NCBI GenBank assembly: GCA_036012755.1
Contig: DASCPX010000080.1
Location: 1-50,404, forward strand
Origin: Myxococcota bacterium
GTDB taxonomy: Bacteria > Myxococcota_A > UBA796 > CAJQPC01
Direction of reading: 5' to 3'
DNA length: 50,404 bases
The position numbers and the translations under genes were made by a program. Shown here piece by piece: positions 29,698 through 38,215 of this stretch; position 1 is the first letter of the stretch; each line of letters opens with the position of its first letter. Below the pieces are notes generated by a model. The model was not told the DNA's origin, made no database searches, and saw only the letters and a list, made by a program, of their open reading frames with translations.

Positions 29698-31599
29698 GTG
29701 TACGTCAGATACAGCTTTCCACTCGTCCTCGGTGCCCTTCTCGTTGCTTCGTGCAACAAGGATGGCCCCAGGAACCCCGACTCCATCACACCGATCCCCG
29801 TCGACAGCGAGCAGCCTGTCGACGTCGACGGTGACGGCATTGCCGAAGAGGATGGCGACTGCGACGACTCGGATCCGGACGTCTACCCGGGTCGCGTCGA
29901 GGACTGCAACGGCGTCGACGACAACTGCAACGACCTCATCGACGAGGGCTTCGAGGACACCGACGCCGACGGCACCGCCGACTGCATGGACTCAGAGGAG
30001 TGCGACGGGCTGGACAACGACGGTGACGGAGAGGTCGACGAGGACTTCCCGGACGCTGACGGCGACGGCGTGGCCGACTGTGTCGGCGTGGAGATCTGCG
30101 ACGGTGTCGACAACGACGCCGATGGCCTTGTCGACGAGGGCTTCGACCAGGACGGCGACGGTGTGCTCGAGTGCGAGGACGACTGCGACGACAACGACGC
30201 CACTGCCTACCCCGGAAACACCGAGGTCGAGGGAGACGGGGTCGACAACGACTGCGACGGGCTCGTCGACGAGACCGGCTGGGAGGCCGGCACCCTGGTC
30301 ATCACGGAGATCCTCAACAACCCCGCCATCACCACCGACCCCAACGGCGAGTGGTTCGAGATCTACAACACCACCTCCTCGGACATCACCCTCGACGGCT
30401 TCTGGATCACCAGTGACGACGACTCCGGGCACCAGATCCCCTCGGGTACCGGGCTCGTCATCGCCGCCAACGACTACCTCGTGCTCGGGCCGAACGCGGC
30501 CGAGTCCAGCAACGGCGCGGTCGAGATCGACTACGAGTACTCCGACATCAGCCTCTCCAACGAGTCGGACTCCCTCTCACTGGTGGCCGACGGCGCGACG
30601 CTCGACACCGTCAGCTGGGACGACGGCGCCACGATGCCGGATCCCGACGGAGGCTCGCTGAACCTGGATCCCTGGTTCATCGACCCGACCGAGAACGACG
30701 AGTTCGAGAACTGGTGCGAGGCGCTCGATGCCTGGGCCACCGGCGGCGACCGCGGCTCCCCCGGCGTCGAGAACGAGCTCTGCAGTCACATCGACCACGA
30801 CGCGGACGGCTACACGAGGAACGAGGGCGACTGCGACGACGCCAACGCTCGCGTCTACCCCGGCGCTCCGGAGCTCGACACGGGTGTCGACAACGACTGC
30901 GACGGCGAGATCGAGGTCATGCCGACTGCCGTGGCCGACTACGACTCCTCCTCGTCGAGCCTTACGCAGTGCGACTACGTCTACCTCGTCGGCTCAGCCT
31001 CCTACGACCCGGACGGCAGCTCGCTGACCTACGACTGGGAGCTCACGAGTGCCCCCTCGGGGTCATCGGCCACCAGCAGCGACATCACCGAGACCACCGA
31101 CGCGGATCCGACCTTCACGCCGGACATCTCCGGCACCTACGTCTTCACGCTGACCGTCAACGACGGCGGAACGGACTCCTATCCGGACACCCTGACCCTC
31201 AGCGTCAGCTCCGCGACCTCCAACAACGCTCCGGTCGCGGACGCCGGAGAGGACCAGGCGGAGGAGGACGAGGTCACCTGCCAGGCCATCAGCTACGGCG
31301 CCTCCTACAGCTGTGACGACTGCTCGGACACCGACTACCAGCTCGACGGCACGGCGTCTACCGACGCCCAGTCCACCGACTGGATGACCTACAGTTGGTC
31401 CATCAACAGTGGCTCCAGCTATGGGTCACTCGACGACAGCACCTCCGCGACTCCGACCCTGACCATCAGCGGTGCCTCGGCGACCTACGGCTCGGACACG
31501 GACTATGACGTCGCCCTCGGCCTCACCGTCACCGACTGCTATGGCGCCAGCAGCTCGGAGGACACGATGACGGCGACGCTGACCTGCACGGGCTCCTGA
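29698..31599 (+). CDS. Acidic surface lipoprotein with MopE-type metal-binding repeats, a lamin-tail-like domain and PKD/Ig-like domains
   Basis: Lipobox VASC; repeats DCDD...YPG..E.C.G.D.NC.G..DE; LVITEI..NP...GEWFEIYN...GSPG; APVADAG and YVFTLTVNDG. Confidence 0.85.
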   Translation: MYVRYSFPLVLGALLVASCNKDGPRNPDSITPIPVDSEQPVDVDGDGIAEEDGDCDDSDPDVYPGRVEDCNGVDDNCNDLIDEGFEDTDADGTADCMDSEECDGLDNDGDGEVDEDFPDADGDGVADCVGVEICDGVDNDADGLVDEGFDQDGDGVLECEDDCDDNDATAYPGNTEVEGDGVDNDCDGLVDETGWEAGTLVITEILNNPAITTDPNGEWFEIYNTTSSDITLDGFWITSDDDSGHQIPSGTGLVIAANDYLVLGPNAAESSNGAVEIDYEYSDISLSNESDSLSLVADGATLDTVSWDDGATMPDPDGGSLNLDPWFIDPTENDEFENWCEALDAWATGGDRGSPGVENELCSHIDHDADGYTRNEGDCDDANARVYPGAPELDTGVDNDCDGEIEVMPTAVADYDSSSSSLTQCDYVYLVGSASYDPDGSSLTYDWELTSAPSGSSATSSDITETTDADPTFTPDISGTYVFTLTVNDGGTDSYPDTLTLSVSSATSNNAPVADAGEDQAEEDEVTCQAISYGASYSCDDCSDTDYQLDGTASTDAQSTDWMTYSWSINSGSSYGSLDDSTSATPTLTISGASATYGSDTDYDVALGLTVTDCYGASSSEDTMTATLTCTGS

Positions 31600-31603
31600 G
31601 CAG

Positions 31604-32494
31604 TCAGGCTCGCAGACCTTCTCTCCAGAGGCGGCGCAGGGAGCTCGATCCCTCGACCGCCCACCTGCGAAAGGCCTCGGAGTTCGCCCGCGTGAGGCCG
31701 CAGCTCCACTCGTAGGCGGCGAGCAGGCCCTCTCGCTCCCAGCGGTCGAGGCGCGCGATCTCGAGGTTGGGGTCTTCTCGAAAACGCGGCGCGGTCTGGG
31801 GCCGAGCGCGCCAGGCCTCCAGCAACGCCCTGTGGCCCGCTGAGCCAGGAGGGAGCTCGCCGTTGCCCGGGCTCGACACGGCGCGGTTCCAGGCCGTCCA
31901 CGCGGCTCGAGCGCCGTCGCTGAGGTTCCTCGTGTGCACCAGGCGCCCGTTGGTGCGCTCGACCGGTGCCATCAGCGGGAGGCGGATCAGGGTCGAACCC
32001 TGCGCTTCGTTGACCTCTGCGAGGAGGACCCGCGCGGTGCCGTAGAGCGGATTTGCCGTGAGCGCCTCCGCGGCGAGCGCCAGGCTGCCGGGCAGGTCTC
32101 CGACGGCTCGCTTCATCGCTGCTCGCACGACGAGGACGTCGACGGTGTCGTCACAGTCCAGGTCGACGACCTCGCCCCGTGACAGCGCCACCTGGGCAAG
32201 GGCGAGTCGGGCTCTCGGGGTCTTCGATGCCGTCGCGAGACGCCGCACCTCGTCGAGGTCGTCGCGCAGGAAGGCGACGCCGAGAGGGGCGAGCTCGGGC
32301 TCCGGAGGGGGGAGGAAGGTCTCGGGGAGCGCTGCTCTGGCGCGGAAGTTGAGCGCGATGGGATGCCACGGGTTCCGCTCCAGGAGCTCGGCTCGGAGAG
32401 CCGCGAGGCGGGCATCATCTGCGCCCTGATGCCACGCGGCGCGAAAGCGCAGGCGCTCGGCGGCGCGGGCAAGAGCGGGGATCGGGAGCGGCAC
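31604..32494 (-). CDS. Hypothetical helical-repeat (TPR-like) protein
   Basis: Ala/Leu-rich helices such as ALAAEALTANP...ARVLLAEV; fills the gap between neighbouring genes. Confidence 0.6.
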   Translation of the reverse strand: MPLPIPALARAAERLRFRAAWHQGADDARLAALRAELLERNPWHPIALNFRARAALPETFLPPPEPELAPLGVAFLRDDLDEVRRLATASKTPRARLALAQVALSRGEVVDLDCDDTVDVLVVRAAMKRAVGDLPGSLALAAEALTANPLYGTARVLLAEVNEAQGSTLIRLPLMAPVERTNGRLVHTRNLSDGARAAWTAWNRAVSSPGNGELPPGSAGHRALLEAWRARPQTAPRFREDPNLEIARLDRWEREGLLAAYEWSCGLTRANSEAFRRWAVEGSSSLRRLWREGLRA

Positions 32495-32529
32495 GGCCCC
32501 CAGCCTCGCACGCGGGTTAGTCGCAGCGG

Positions 32530-33420
32530 ATGGTTGGCCCCTCGAGCGCCGTGCACGTCGCCCCCGATGGCGAGCGCCAGGGGCCGCCGGTCCTGCTCGT
32601 GCACGGGATCGGTCTCGGCGCCTGGTACTTCGAGCGTGACCAGCGCGTCCTGGCGCAGTTGGGGCTCGAGAGCTGGGCCATCGACCTCCCGGGCCACGGG
32701 CCAGAGGCCGGTCGAGATGCCCGCATGGGGGACTGCTACGACGCGGTCATCGCAGCCGTAGACACGTTCGATGAGCCGCCCGCCATCCTCGGACACTCGG
32801 CCGGTGGCCTCTGCGCCATGGTCTGCGCGAAGGAGCGAAGGCTGGCGGCGCTGGTGCTCAACGGCTCGGTGCCTTGCGGCGAGGTCTTCCCCTATCCGAC
32901 CGTCGCAGGTCTGATGGCGCTCCGTCCGGCCCTCGCTGCGCTGTTTCGAGGTCGGAACCTGCCTCTGACCCGAAAGAGCTACGTCGACACCGGCCTCCAC
33001 CTGCTGGCGCCCGAAGAGCAGGAGCGTGTCTTCGCCCGGATCGTCTCCTGGCCCAACGGCATGGTCCGGGACATGCTGCGTCGTCGCCCCTCGGTTCCGC
33101 GCCTGGACTGCCCGGTGCTGGTCACCCATGGCCTCAGAGACGGCGCCTCCTCGCTCTACGTGTCGCGCCTGCTGGCCGACCATTTCGACTGCGTGCTCTG
33201 GCGCTTCGACGATCTCGGACACCTCCCGGCGGTCGAGCCGGGCGGCGAGCGGCACTGCCGGGCTGTCGGCGAGTGGCTCTTGTCACCGAGCCCCAGGATG
33301 ATCCGTGAGATCGATGGCTTCCGGCCTGACGAAGGGGTCGGCCGCGAGGCGCGGGGCCAGCGTGCCGGGGATCGGGTCGTCCGGAGCGACTCCCGCTTCG
33401 GAGATCGCTGGAAGCGCTGA
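32530..33420 (+). CDS. Alpha/beta fold hydrolase
   Basis: LLVHGIG, IDLPGHG, nucleophile GHSAGG, HGLRD and GH. Confidence 0.9.
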   Translation: MVGPSSAVHVAPDGERQGPPVLLVHGIGLGAWYFERDQRVLAQLGLESWAIDLPGHGPEAGRDARMGDCYDAVIAAVDTFDEPPAILGHSAGGLCAMVCAKERRLAALVLNGSVPCGEVFPYPTVAGLMALRPALAALFRGRNLPLTRKSYVDTGLHLLAPEEQERVFARIVSWPNGMVRDMLRRRPSVPRLDCPVLVTHGLRDGASSLYVSRLLADHFDCVLWRFDDLGHLPAVEPGGERHCRAVGEWLLSPSPRMIREIDGFRPDEGVGREARGQRAGDRVVRSDSRFGDRWKR

Positions 33421-33425
33421 GCGCC

Positions 33426-34421
33426 CTACAGGACCTGGTTGATCCGGTGGGGCAGCCCCGGTCCCGCGAAGATGATGCCGGTGAGGACCTGGACTGCGCG
33501 GCAGCCGAGATCGACGAGCTCTTGGGCCTGCTGGGGACTCCCGACACCACCGACTCCGATGACCGGGGCCTCGCCAGCGGCTTCGACGGCGAGCTGGATG
33601 CGGGCCTTCGCGAGCTCGAACAGGGGCTCACCGGAGAGCCCACCCTCGAGTACCTCGGCGCTGGCGATGCCGAAGCGCTGGCGCGTCGTGTTCGTCGCGA
33701 TGATGCCCAGGGCGCCCGCTCGCAGGCTGGCTTCGACGGACTCGACGAGGTCCCCGTCGGCGAGGTCCGGGGCGAGCTTTACGAACACGGGCTTGTCGGT
33801 GGCGGCGAGGGTGGCCTCGACGATCTTCGTGAGAGGACCAGCGGTCTGGAGATCCCGCAAGCCCGGCGTGTTCGGCGAGCTCACGTTGACCACGAAGTAG
33901 TCGACGAGCTCATCGAGCCCGCTGGCCAGGGCCGCGTAGTCTTCGTGTGCCAGCTCGGCGGGGGTGTCCTTGTTCTTGCCGAGGTTCGCGCCGACCGGGA
34001 CTCGCGGCCACAAGCCGGCTTCCCGATGGCCCCGCATCCGCGCCGCGACCACGTCGAGTCCCGCACTCGGAAAGCCCATGCTGTTGACCACCGCGCGGTG
34101 CTCGACGAGGCGATGCACGCGCGGGCGCGGGTTCCCGAGCTGGGGACGCCGGGTGACCGTGCCGACTTCGATGAACCCGAAGCCGAGGTGGTCCCAGAGC
34201 GGGAGTCCTTCGGCGTCCTTGTCCAGCCCCGCGGCGAGGCCCACCGGCCCAGCGATCTCGAAGCCGCCGAGGTCCCGCGGCGAGCTGGCGAGGTGGTCTG
34301 GGGTCAGCGCGCGGGCAATGCGCGGCCAGGTCCCCACGGAGTGGAGGACTCGCTCGTGTGCCGTCTCCGCGTCCATCCGGAACAGCAGGGGCTTCAAGAG
34401 CGCATAGCCAAAGTCGAGCAC
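33426..34421 (-). CDS. pyrD: Quinone-dependent dihydroorotate dehydrogenase
   Basis: DAETAH, GLAAGLDK, EVGTVT, NVSSPNTPGLR, KLAPDL, TNTT and GGLSG; start taken as GTG 34421. Confidence 0.95.
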   Translation of the reverse strand: MLDFGYALLKPLLFRMDAETAHERVLHSVGTWPRIARALTPDHLASSPRDLGGFEIAGPVGLAAGLDKDAEGLPLWDHLGFGFIEVGTVTRRPQLGNPRPRVHRLVEHRAVVNSMGFPSAGLDVVAARMRGHREAGLWPRVPVGANLGKNKDTPAELAHEDYAALASGLDELVDYFVVNVSSPNTPGLRDLQTAGPLTKIVEATLAATDKPVFVKLAPDLADGDLVESVEASLRAGALGIIATNTTRQRFGIASAEVLEGGLSGEPLFELAKARIQLAVEAAGEAPVIGVGGVGSPQQAQELVDLGCRAVQVLTGIIFAGPGLPHRINQVL

Positions 34422-34446
34422 GCCCGCACTGCTATCGTCTCCGGGC

Positions 34447-35379
34447 ATGCACGTCCTGGTCACCGGCGGGGCCGGTTTCATCGGCTCGCACCTGGTCGTC
34501 GCGCTGCGTGAGCGGGGCGACGAGGTCACGGTCCTCGACAACTTCGACGACTACTACGACCCGGCGCTCAAGCGTCTCAACGTCAAAGCCGCGGAGGGCG
34601 TGCGCCTGGTCGAGGGTGACCTCCGCTGTAGCGAGGACATCGATCGGGCGCTGGATGGCGTCGACGCCGTCGCTCACCTGGCCGCCCGTGCCGGCGTTCG
34701 ACCTTCGCTCACCCAGGGGCCGCTCTACGTCGACGTGAACGTGCGGGGGACCCAGTCGCTGCTGGACGGCTTGGAACGCGCGGGTGTCCGTCGGATGATC
34801 TATGCATCGTCCTCTTCGGTCTACGGCGCACGAACGAGCGGCCCGTTTCGTGAGGACGACCCCGTCCACCGGCCTGTTTCCCCCTACGCCGCGACCAAGC
34901 TCGCCGGTGAGCTCTTGATCCATGCAGCCACGCAGACCCGGGAGCTCTCGGCGAGCTGTCTTCGGCTGTTCACGGTCTACGGACCGCGCCAGCGGCCAGA
35001 GATGGCGATTCACCTCTTTGCGCGAAAAGCCCTGTCGAACGGGACGATCCAACGCTTCGGTGATGGGCTCTCGAAGCGGGACTACACCTACGTCGACGAC
35101 ATCGTCCGGGGGCTGATCGCAGCTCTGGACAGGCCCGTCCCCTACGCGGTCTACAACCTCGGGAGTGGCTCGCCGATCACGCTGCAGGGGTTGCTGGATG
35201 GGCTCGCCGAGGCGCTCGGCGTCGAGCTGCGCATAGAGCATCTCCCGGATCAGCCCGGCGATGTTCCGTCGACCTGGGCCGACATCTCCCGGGCAGGCGA
35301 CGAACTCGGCTGGACCCCCGAGGTGCCGCTGCCTGTCGGGCTCGCCCGCTTCCGTGAATGGCTCCTGACAAGCGCTTGA
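34447..35379 (+). CDS. NAD-dependent nucleotide-sugar epimerase (UDP-glucuronate 4-epimerase-like)
   Basis: TGGAGFIGSH, HLAARAGVRPS, ASSSSVYG, YAATK and FTVYGPRQRPEM. Confidence 0.9.
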   Translation: MHVLVTGGAGFIGSHLVVALRERGDEVTVLDNFDDYYDPALKRLNVKAAEGVRLVEGDLRCSEDIDRALDGVDAVAHLAARAGVRPSLTQGPLYVDVNVRGTQSLLDGLERAGVRRMIYASSSSVYGARTSGPFREDDPVHRPVSPYAATKLAGELLIHAATQTRELSASCLRLFTVYGPRQRPEMAIHLFARKALSNGTIQRFGDGLSKRDYTYVDDIVRGLIAALDRPVPYAVYNLGSGSPITLQGLLDGLAEALGVELRIEHLPDQPGDVPSTWADISRAGDELGWTPEVPLPVGLARFREWLLTSA

Positions 35380-35391
35380 CGCCGGCATAGA

Positions 35392-36939
35392 ATGCGCGAC
35401 GGCACCCCCCTGAGGACCCTCATGTCCGCGTCGCTCTTCTTTGCCTTGTCCGGATGCAACGATCAGAACGTCGGCGTCTACAACACGCCGCCCTCGGTCG
35501 CGATCACGAATCCGCTGGATGACACGGTCTACGCCCCCGGTGACGCCATCATGCTGGAGGGTGTGGCCCGGGACGACCAGCAGGATTCACCCACCCTCGA
35601 CGTGTCGTGGACCTCGTCGCTCGACGGTGAGCTGGGCTCCTCGGTCCCGGACATCGACGGAGTCGTCAGCCTTCCGGTCACAGAGCTCAGCGGCGGTGTG
35701 CACGCGATCACGCTGAGCGCCATCGACCTCAGCGGCGAGGCCGCTGACGCCACCGTCACCATCGAGGTCGGCTATGGCGACGACGTCGTCGGGGCCCCAA
35801 CGGTGGTCATCCTCGGGCCCAACGACGGCGACACCTTCACACAGGCCGAGTGGATCACGGTCGTGGGCAGCGCCACGGACGACGAGACCCCCTACGGCGA
35901 GCTCCAGGTCTCCATCATCAGCAGCTATGACGGGCTGTTGTGGGATGGCTTCGCAGAGGCCAACGGCGCAGTCAGCCACGACGTCACGAACCTGACCCCG
36001 CTCCAGACCCACGTCATCTCGCTCACCGCCGTGGACGGAGAGGGAAAGGTCGGCAGCGACTCGATCAGCATCTATGTCGACGAGGACGGCATCCCCAGCG
36101 TCACCATCCTCGCCCCGGTGACCGGCGACTCCTTCTGGACCACTGATCTCATCAACCTCCAGGGCCAGGTCAGTGACGACGTCGACGACGCACAGGACCT
36201 CGAGCTGGCGTGGCAGAGCGACTACGACGGCGTGCTCTGGACCGGCAACTCGGACAGCTCCGGGACGACCTCGCACGCGGTCTCGCTGACCGAGGGTGTC
36301 CACAACATCACTCTCTTCGCGGTCGATACCGAGGCGAACGAGGGCAGCGCGTCGGTCAGCATCGAAGTCATCGATCCGCTCAACCACGACAACGATGGTG
36401 ATGGCCAGACGGAGAACGAGGGCGACTGCGACGACGACGACGCCGGCGTGTACACAGGCAACACAGAGGTCTGTGACGAGGTCGACAACAACTGCGACGG
36501 CATGGTCAACGAGCCCTGGTGGGACACCTACGAGGCCAACGAGTCCTCCAGCAGCTACTACGACCTGGGCGAGGTCGACGACGGCTTCCTGTGGGCCGGC
36601 GACACCCTCACGCTGTCCGGGCTCACGATCCACGAGCCGAACGACGAAGACTGGTTCCACATCGACGTGGACGACGACTGGTACGACAACGCCGACTTCA
36701 GCGTGCAGGTGACGGGTCTGCCCTCCGCGGGGAGCTGGACGCTGGAGCTCTGGGACGCCAACGGCACCCCCGCCATCAGCGACAGCGACAGCGGCAGCGG
36801 CAAGCTGACCGTCTACTTCACGGGGAGCATCACCGATGTCGACGAGGACGACTGGCTGATCCGTGTCTACGCAAACACCTGGACCGACAAGGCCTGCACG
36901 GCCACCTACAGCATGTACATCGACACCAACGGCTTCTAG
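35392..36939 (+). CDS. Acidic lipoprotein with three Ig-like repeats, a MopE-type motif and a PPC-like C-terminal domain
   Basis: Lipobox LSGC; three P.V.I..P...G...DD...L...S..DG.L...H.I.L.A.D repeats; DCDD...EVCDEVDNNCDG; DEDWF. The start may be ATG 35422. Confidence 0.82.
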   Translation: MRDGTPLRTLMSASLFFALSGCNDQNVGVYNTPPSVAITNPLDDTVYAPGDAIMLEGVARDDQQDSPTLDVSWTSSLDGELGSSVPDIDGVVSLPVTELSGGVHAITLSAIDLSGEAADATVTIEVGYGDDVVGAPTVVILGPNDGDTFTQAEWITVVGSATDDETPYGELQVSIISSYDGLLWDGFAEANGAVSHDVTNLTPLQTHVISLTAVDGEGKVGSDSISIYVDEDGIPSVTILAPVTGDSFWTTDLINLQGQVSDDVDDAQDLELAWQSDYDGVLWTGNSDSSGTTSHAVSLTEGVHNITLFAVDTEANEGSASVSIEVIDPLNHDNDGDGQTENEGDCDDDDAGVYTGNTEVCDEVDNNCDGMVNEPWWDTYEANESSSSYYDLGEVDDGFLWAGDTLTLSGLTIHEPNDEDWFHIDVDDDWYDNADFSVQVTGLPSAGSWTLELWDANGTPAISDSDSGSGKLTVYFTGSITDVDEDDWLIRVYANTWTDKACTATYSMYIDTNGF

Positions 36940-36941
36940 CG

Positions 36942-37562
36942 CTAGCGCAGGCCCGCAGCGCGCTCCTTGTCTGCTGCGTGGACGAAGAAGTTCCGCAGGT
37001 AGTTGCCGCCGCTGAGCACCGTGAAGGCCACCGCGATGTACATCAGCACCATGCCGGCGCCGTGGGCGTCGATGGTGCGCTCGGGCCAGAGGAACCAGGT
37101 CGTCTCGTAGTGCCAGAGCATGAAGCCGAGCGCCGTGCTCTGGAAGGCCGTCTTGAACTTGCCCAACTGGTCGGCTGGGAGGGCGAGTCCTTCGCTGAGC
37201 GCGACCGTGCGCAGCGCCGTGATCGTGAGCTCGCGACAGATGATCAGCGCGCAGATCCACGCTGGCAGCCACCCGAGCGCCACCAGCATGATCATCGTTG
37301 TGGCGACCATCAGCTTGTCGGCCAGGGGATCGAGGAAGGCCCCGGCCACGCTCACGATCTCCCACCTGCGGGCCAGGTAGCCGTCGAGCACATCGCTCAA
37401 CATCGCGGCGACGAAGACAGCCATGGCGACCATGGCCTCGACCCGCGATGGCTCGCTCCAGAGGACCACCACCATCACCGGGACGACAGCGATCCGAACG
37501 ACCGTGATGATGTTCGGCAGGTTCCAGAAACCCTTCCGGCGATACCAGGGGACGGCGCCCAT
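36942..37562 (-). CDS. pgsA: CDP-diacylglycerol--glycerol-3-phosphate 3-phosphatidyltransferase
   Basis: NLPNIITVVR, DVLDGYLAR...GAFLDPLADK, RE and GKFKT. Confidence 0.93.
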   Translation of the reverse strand: MGAVPWYRRKGFWNLPNIITVVRIAVVPVMVVVLWSEPSRVEAMVAMAVFVAAMLSDVLDGYLARRWEIVSVAGAFLDPLADKLMVATTMIMLVALGWLPAWICALIICRELTITALRTVALSEGLALPADQLGKFKTAFQSTALGFMLWHYETTWFLWPERTIDAHGAGMVLMYIAVAFTVLSGGNYLRNFFVHAADKERAAGLR

Positions 37563-37572
37563 GCGGGAGGGA

Positions 37573-38169
37573 CTAATCGGTCTCCGCGCTGACGGGGCGT
37601 TCGAGGTTCAGGTACTCGTAGAGGTCCATCACCCGCGGCACGTAGCGCTCGGTCTCCTCGAAGGGCGGGATGCCGTTGTGCTTCTTCACGTTGTGGGGGC
37701 CGGCGTTGTACGCCGCCAGGGCGAGCTCGAAGCTCCCGAAGGTCTCGAGCTGCTGTTTGAGGTAGCGGGTGCCCCCGTCGATCGCCTGCTCGGGGTCGAA
37801 GGAGTCCTCGACTCCCAGGTCCTTTGCGGTGTACGGCATCAGCTGCATGAGCCCCTCGGCTCCGGCCTTCGAGACGGCGTTCGGGTTCATTCCCGACTCC
37901 GCGAGGCAGACCGCCTTGATGAACTCGGCGTCGACGCCGTAGCGCAGGCTCGCCGAGAGGATCAGCTCGTCGAAGGAGTCCAACAGCGGGAAGGTCTCGA
38001 AGTTGACCTTGCTCGGTGACGGCAGGGGTTTTTTGCTGATGAGGACTTCGAAGCCCTGGCGTGCTGGTGGTGCGTCCGTGAACGTGACGGTCCCGTCCGG
38101 GTTCTCGCGCATGTAGATGTCGCCACCGGCTCGAGCTGGGGCGCCGAGCTGGAGCGCTAGGAGGAGCAC
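37573..38169 (-). CDS. Lytic transglycosylase (SLT domain) with a signal peptide and a DUF4124-like N-terminus
   Basis: AES, GLMQLMP, LAAYNAGP and IPPFEET..YV; DGTVTFTDAP; probable GTG start at 38169. Confidence 0.92.
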   Translation of the reverse strand: MLLLALQLGAPARAGGDIYMRENPDGTVTFTDAPPARQGFEVLISKKPLPSPSKVNFETFPLLDSFDELILSASLRYGVDAEFIKAVCLAESGMNPNAVSKAGAEGLMQLMPYTAKDLGVEDSFDPEQAIDGGTRYLKQQLETFGSFELALAAYNAGPHNVKKHNGIPPFEETERYVPRVMDLYEYLNLERPVSAETD

Positions 38170-38215
38170 GACTCGAGCATATCGTGGGCCGCGGCCGGCC
38201 GGGTTAGACCTGGGC

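Noticed and set aside
35377..35394. TTGACG...TAGAAT promoter before the Ig-repeat lipoprotein
   Set aside because: The spacing between the hexamers is far shorter than 17 nt. The TAGAAT alone might be a -10 element, but the pair is not supportable.
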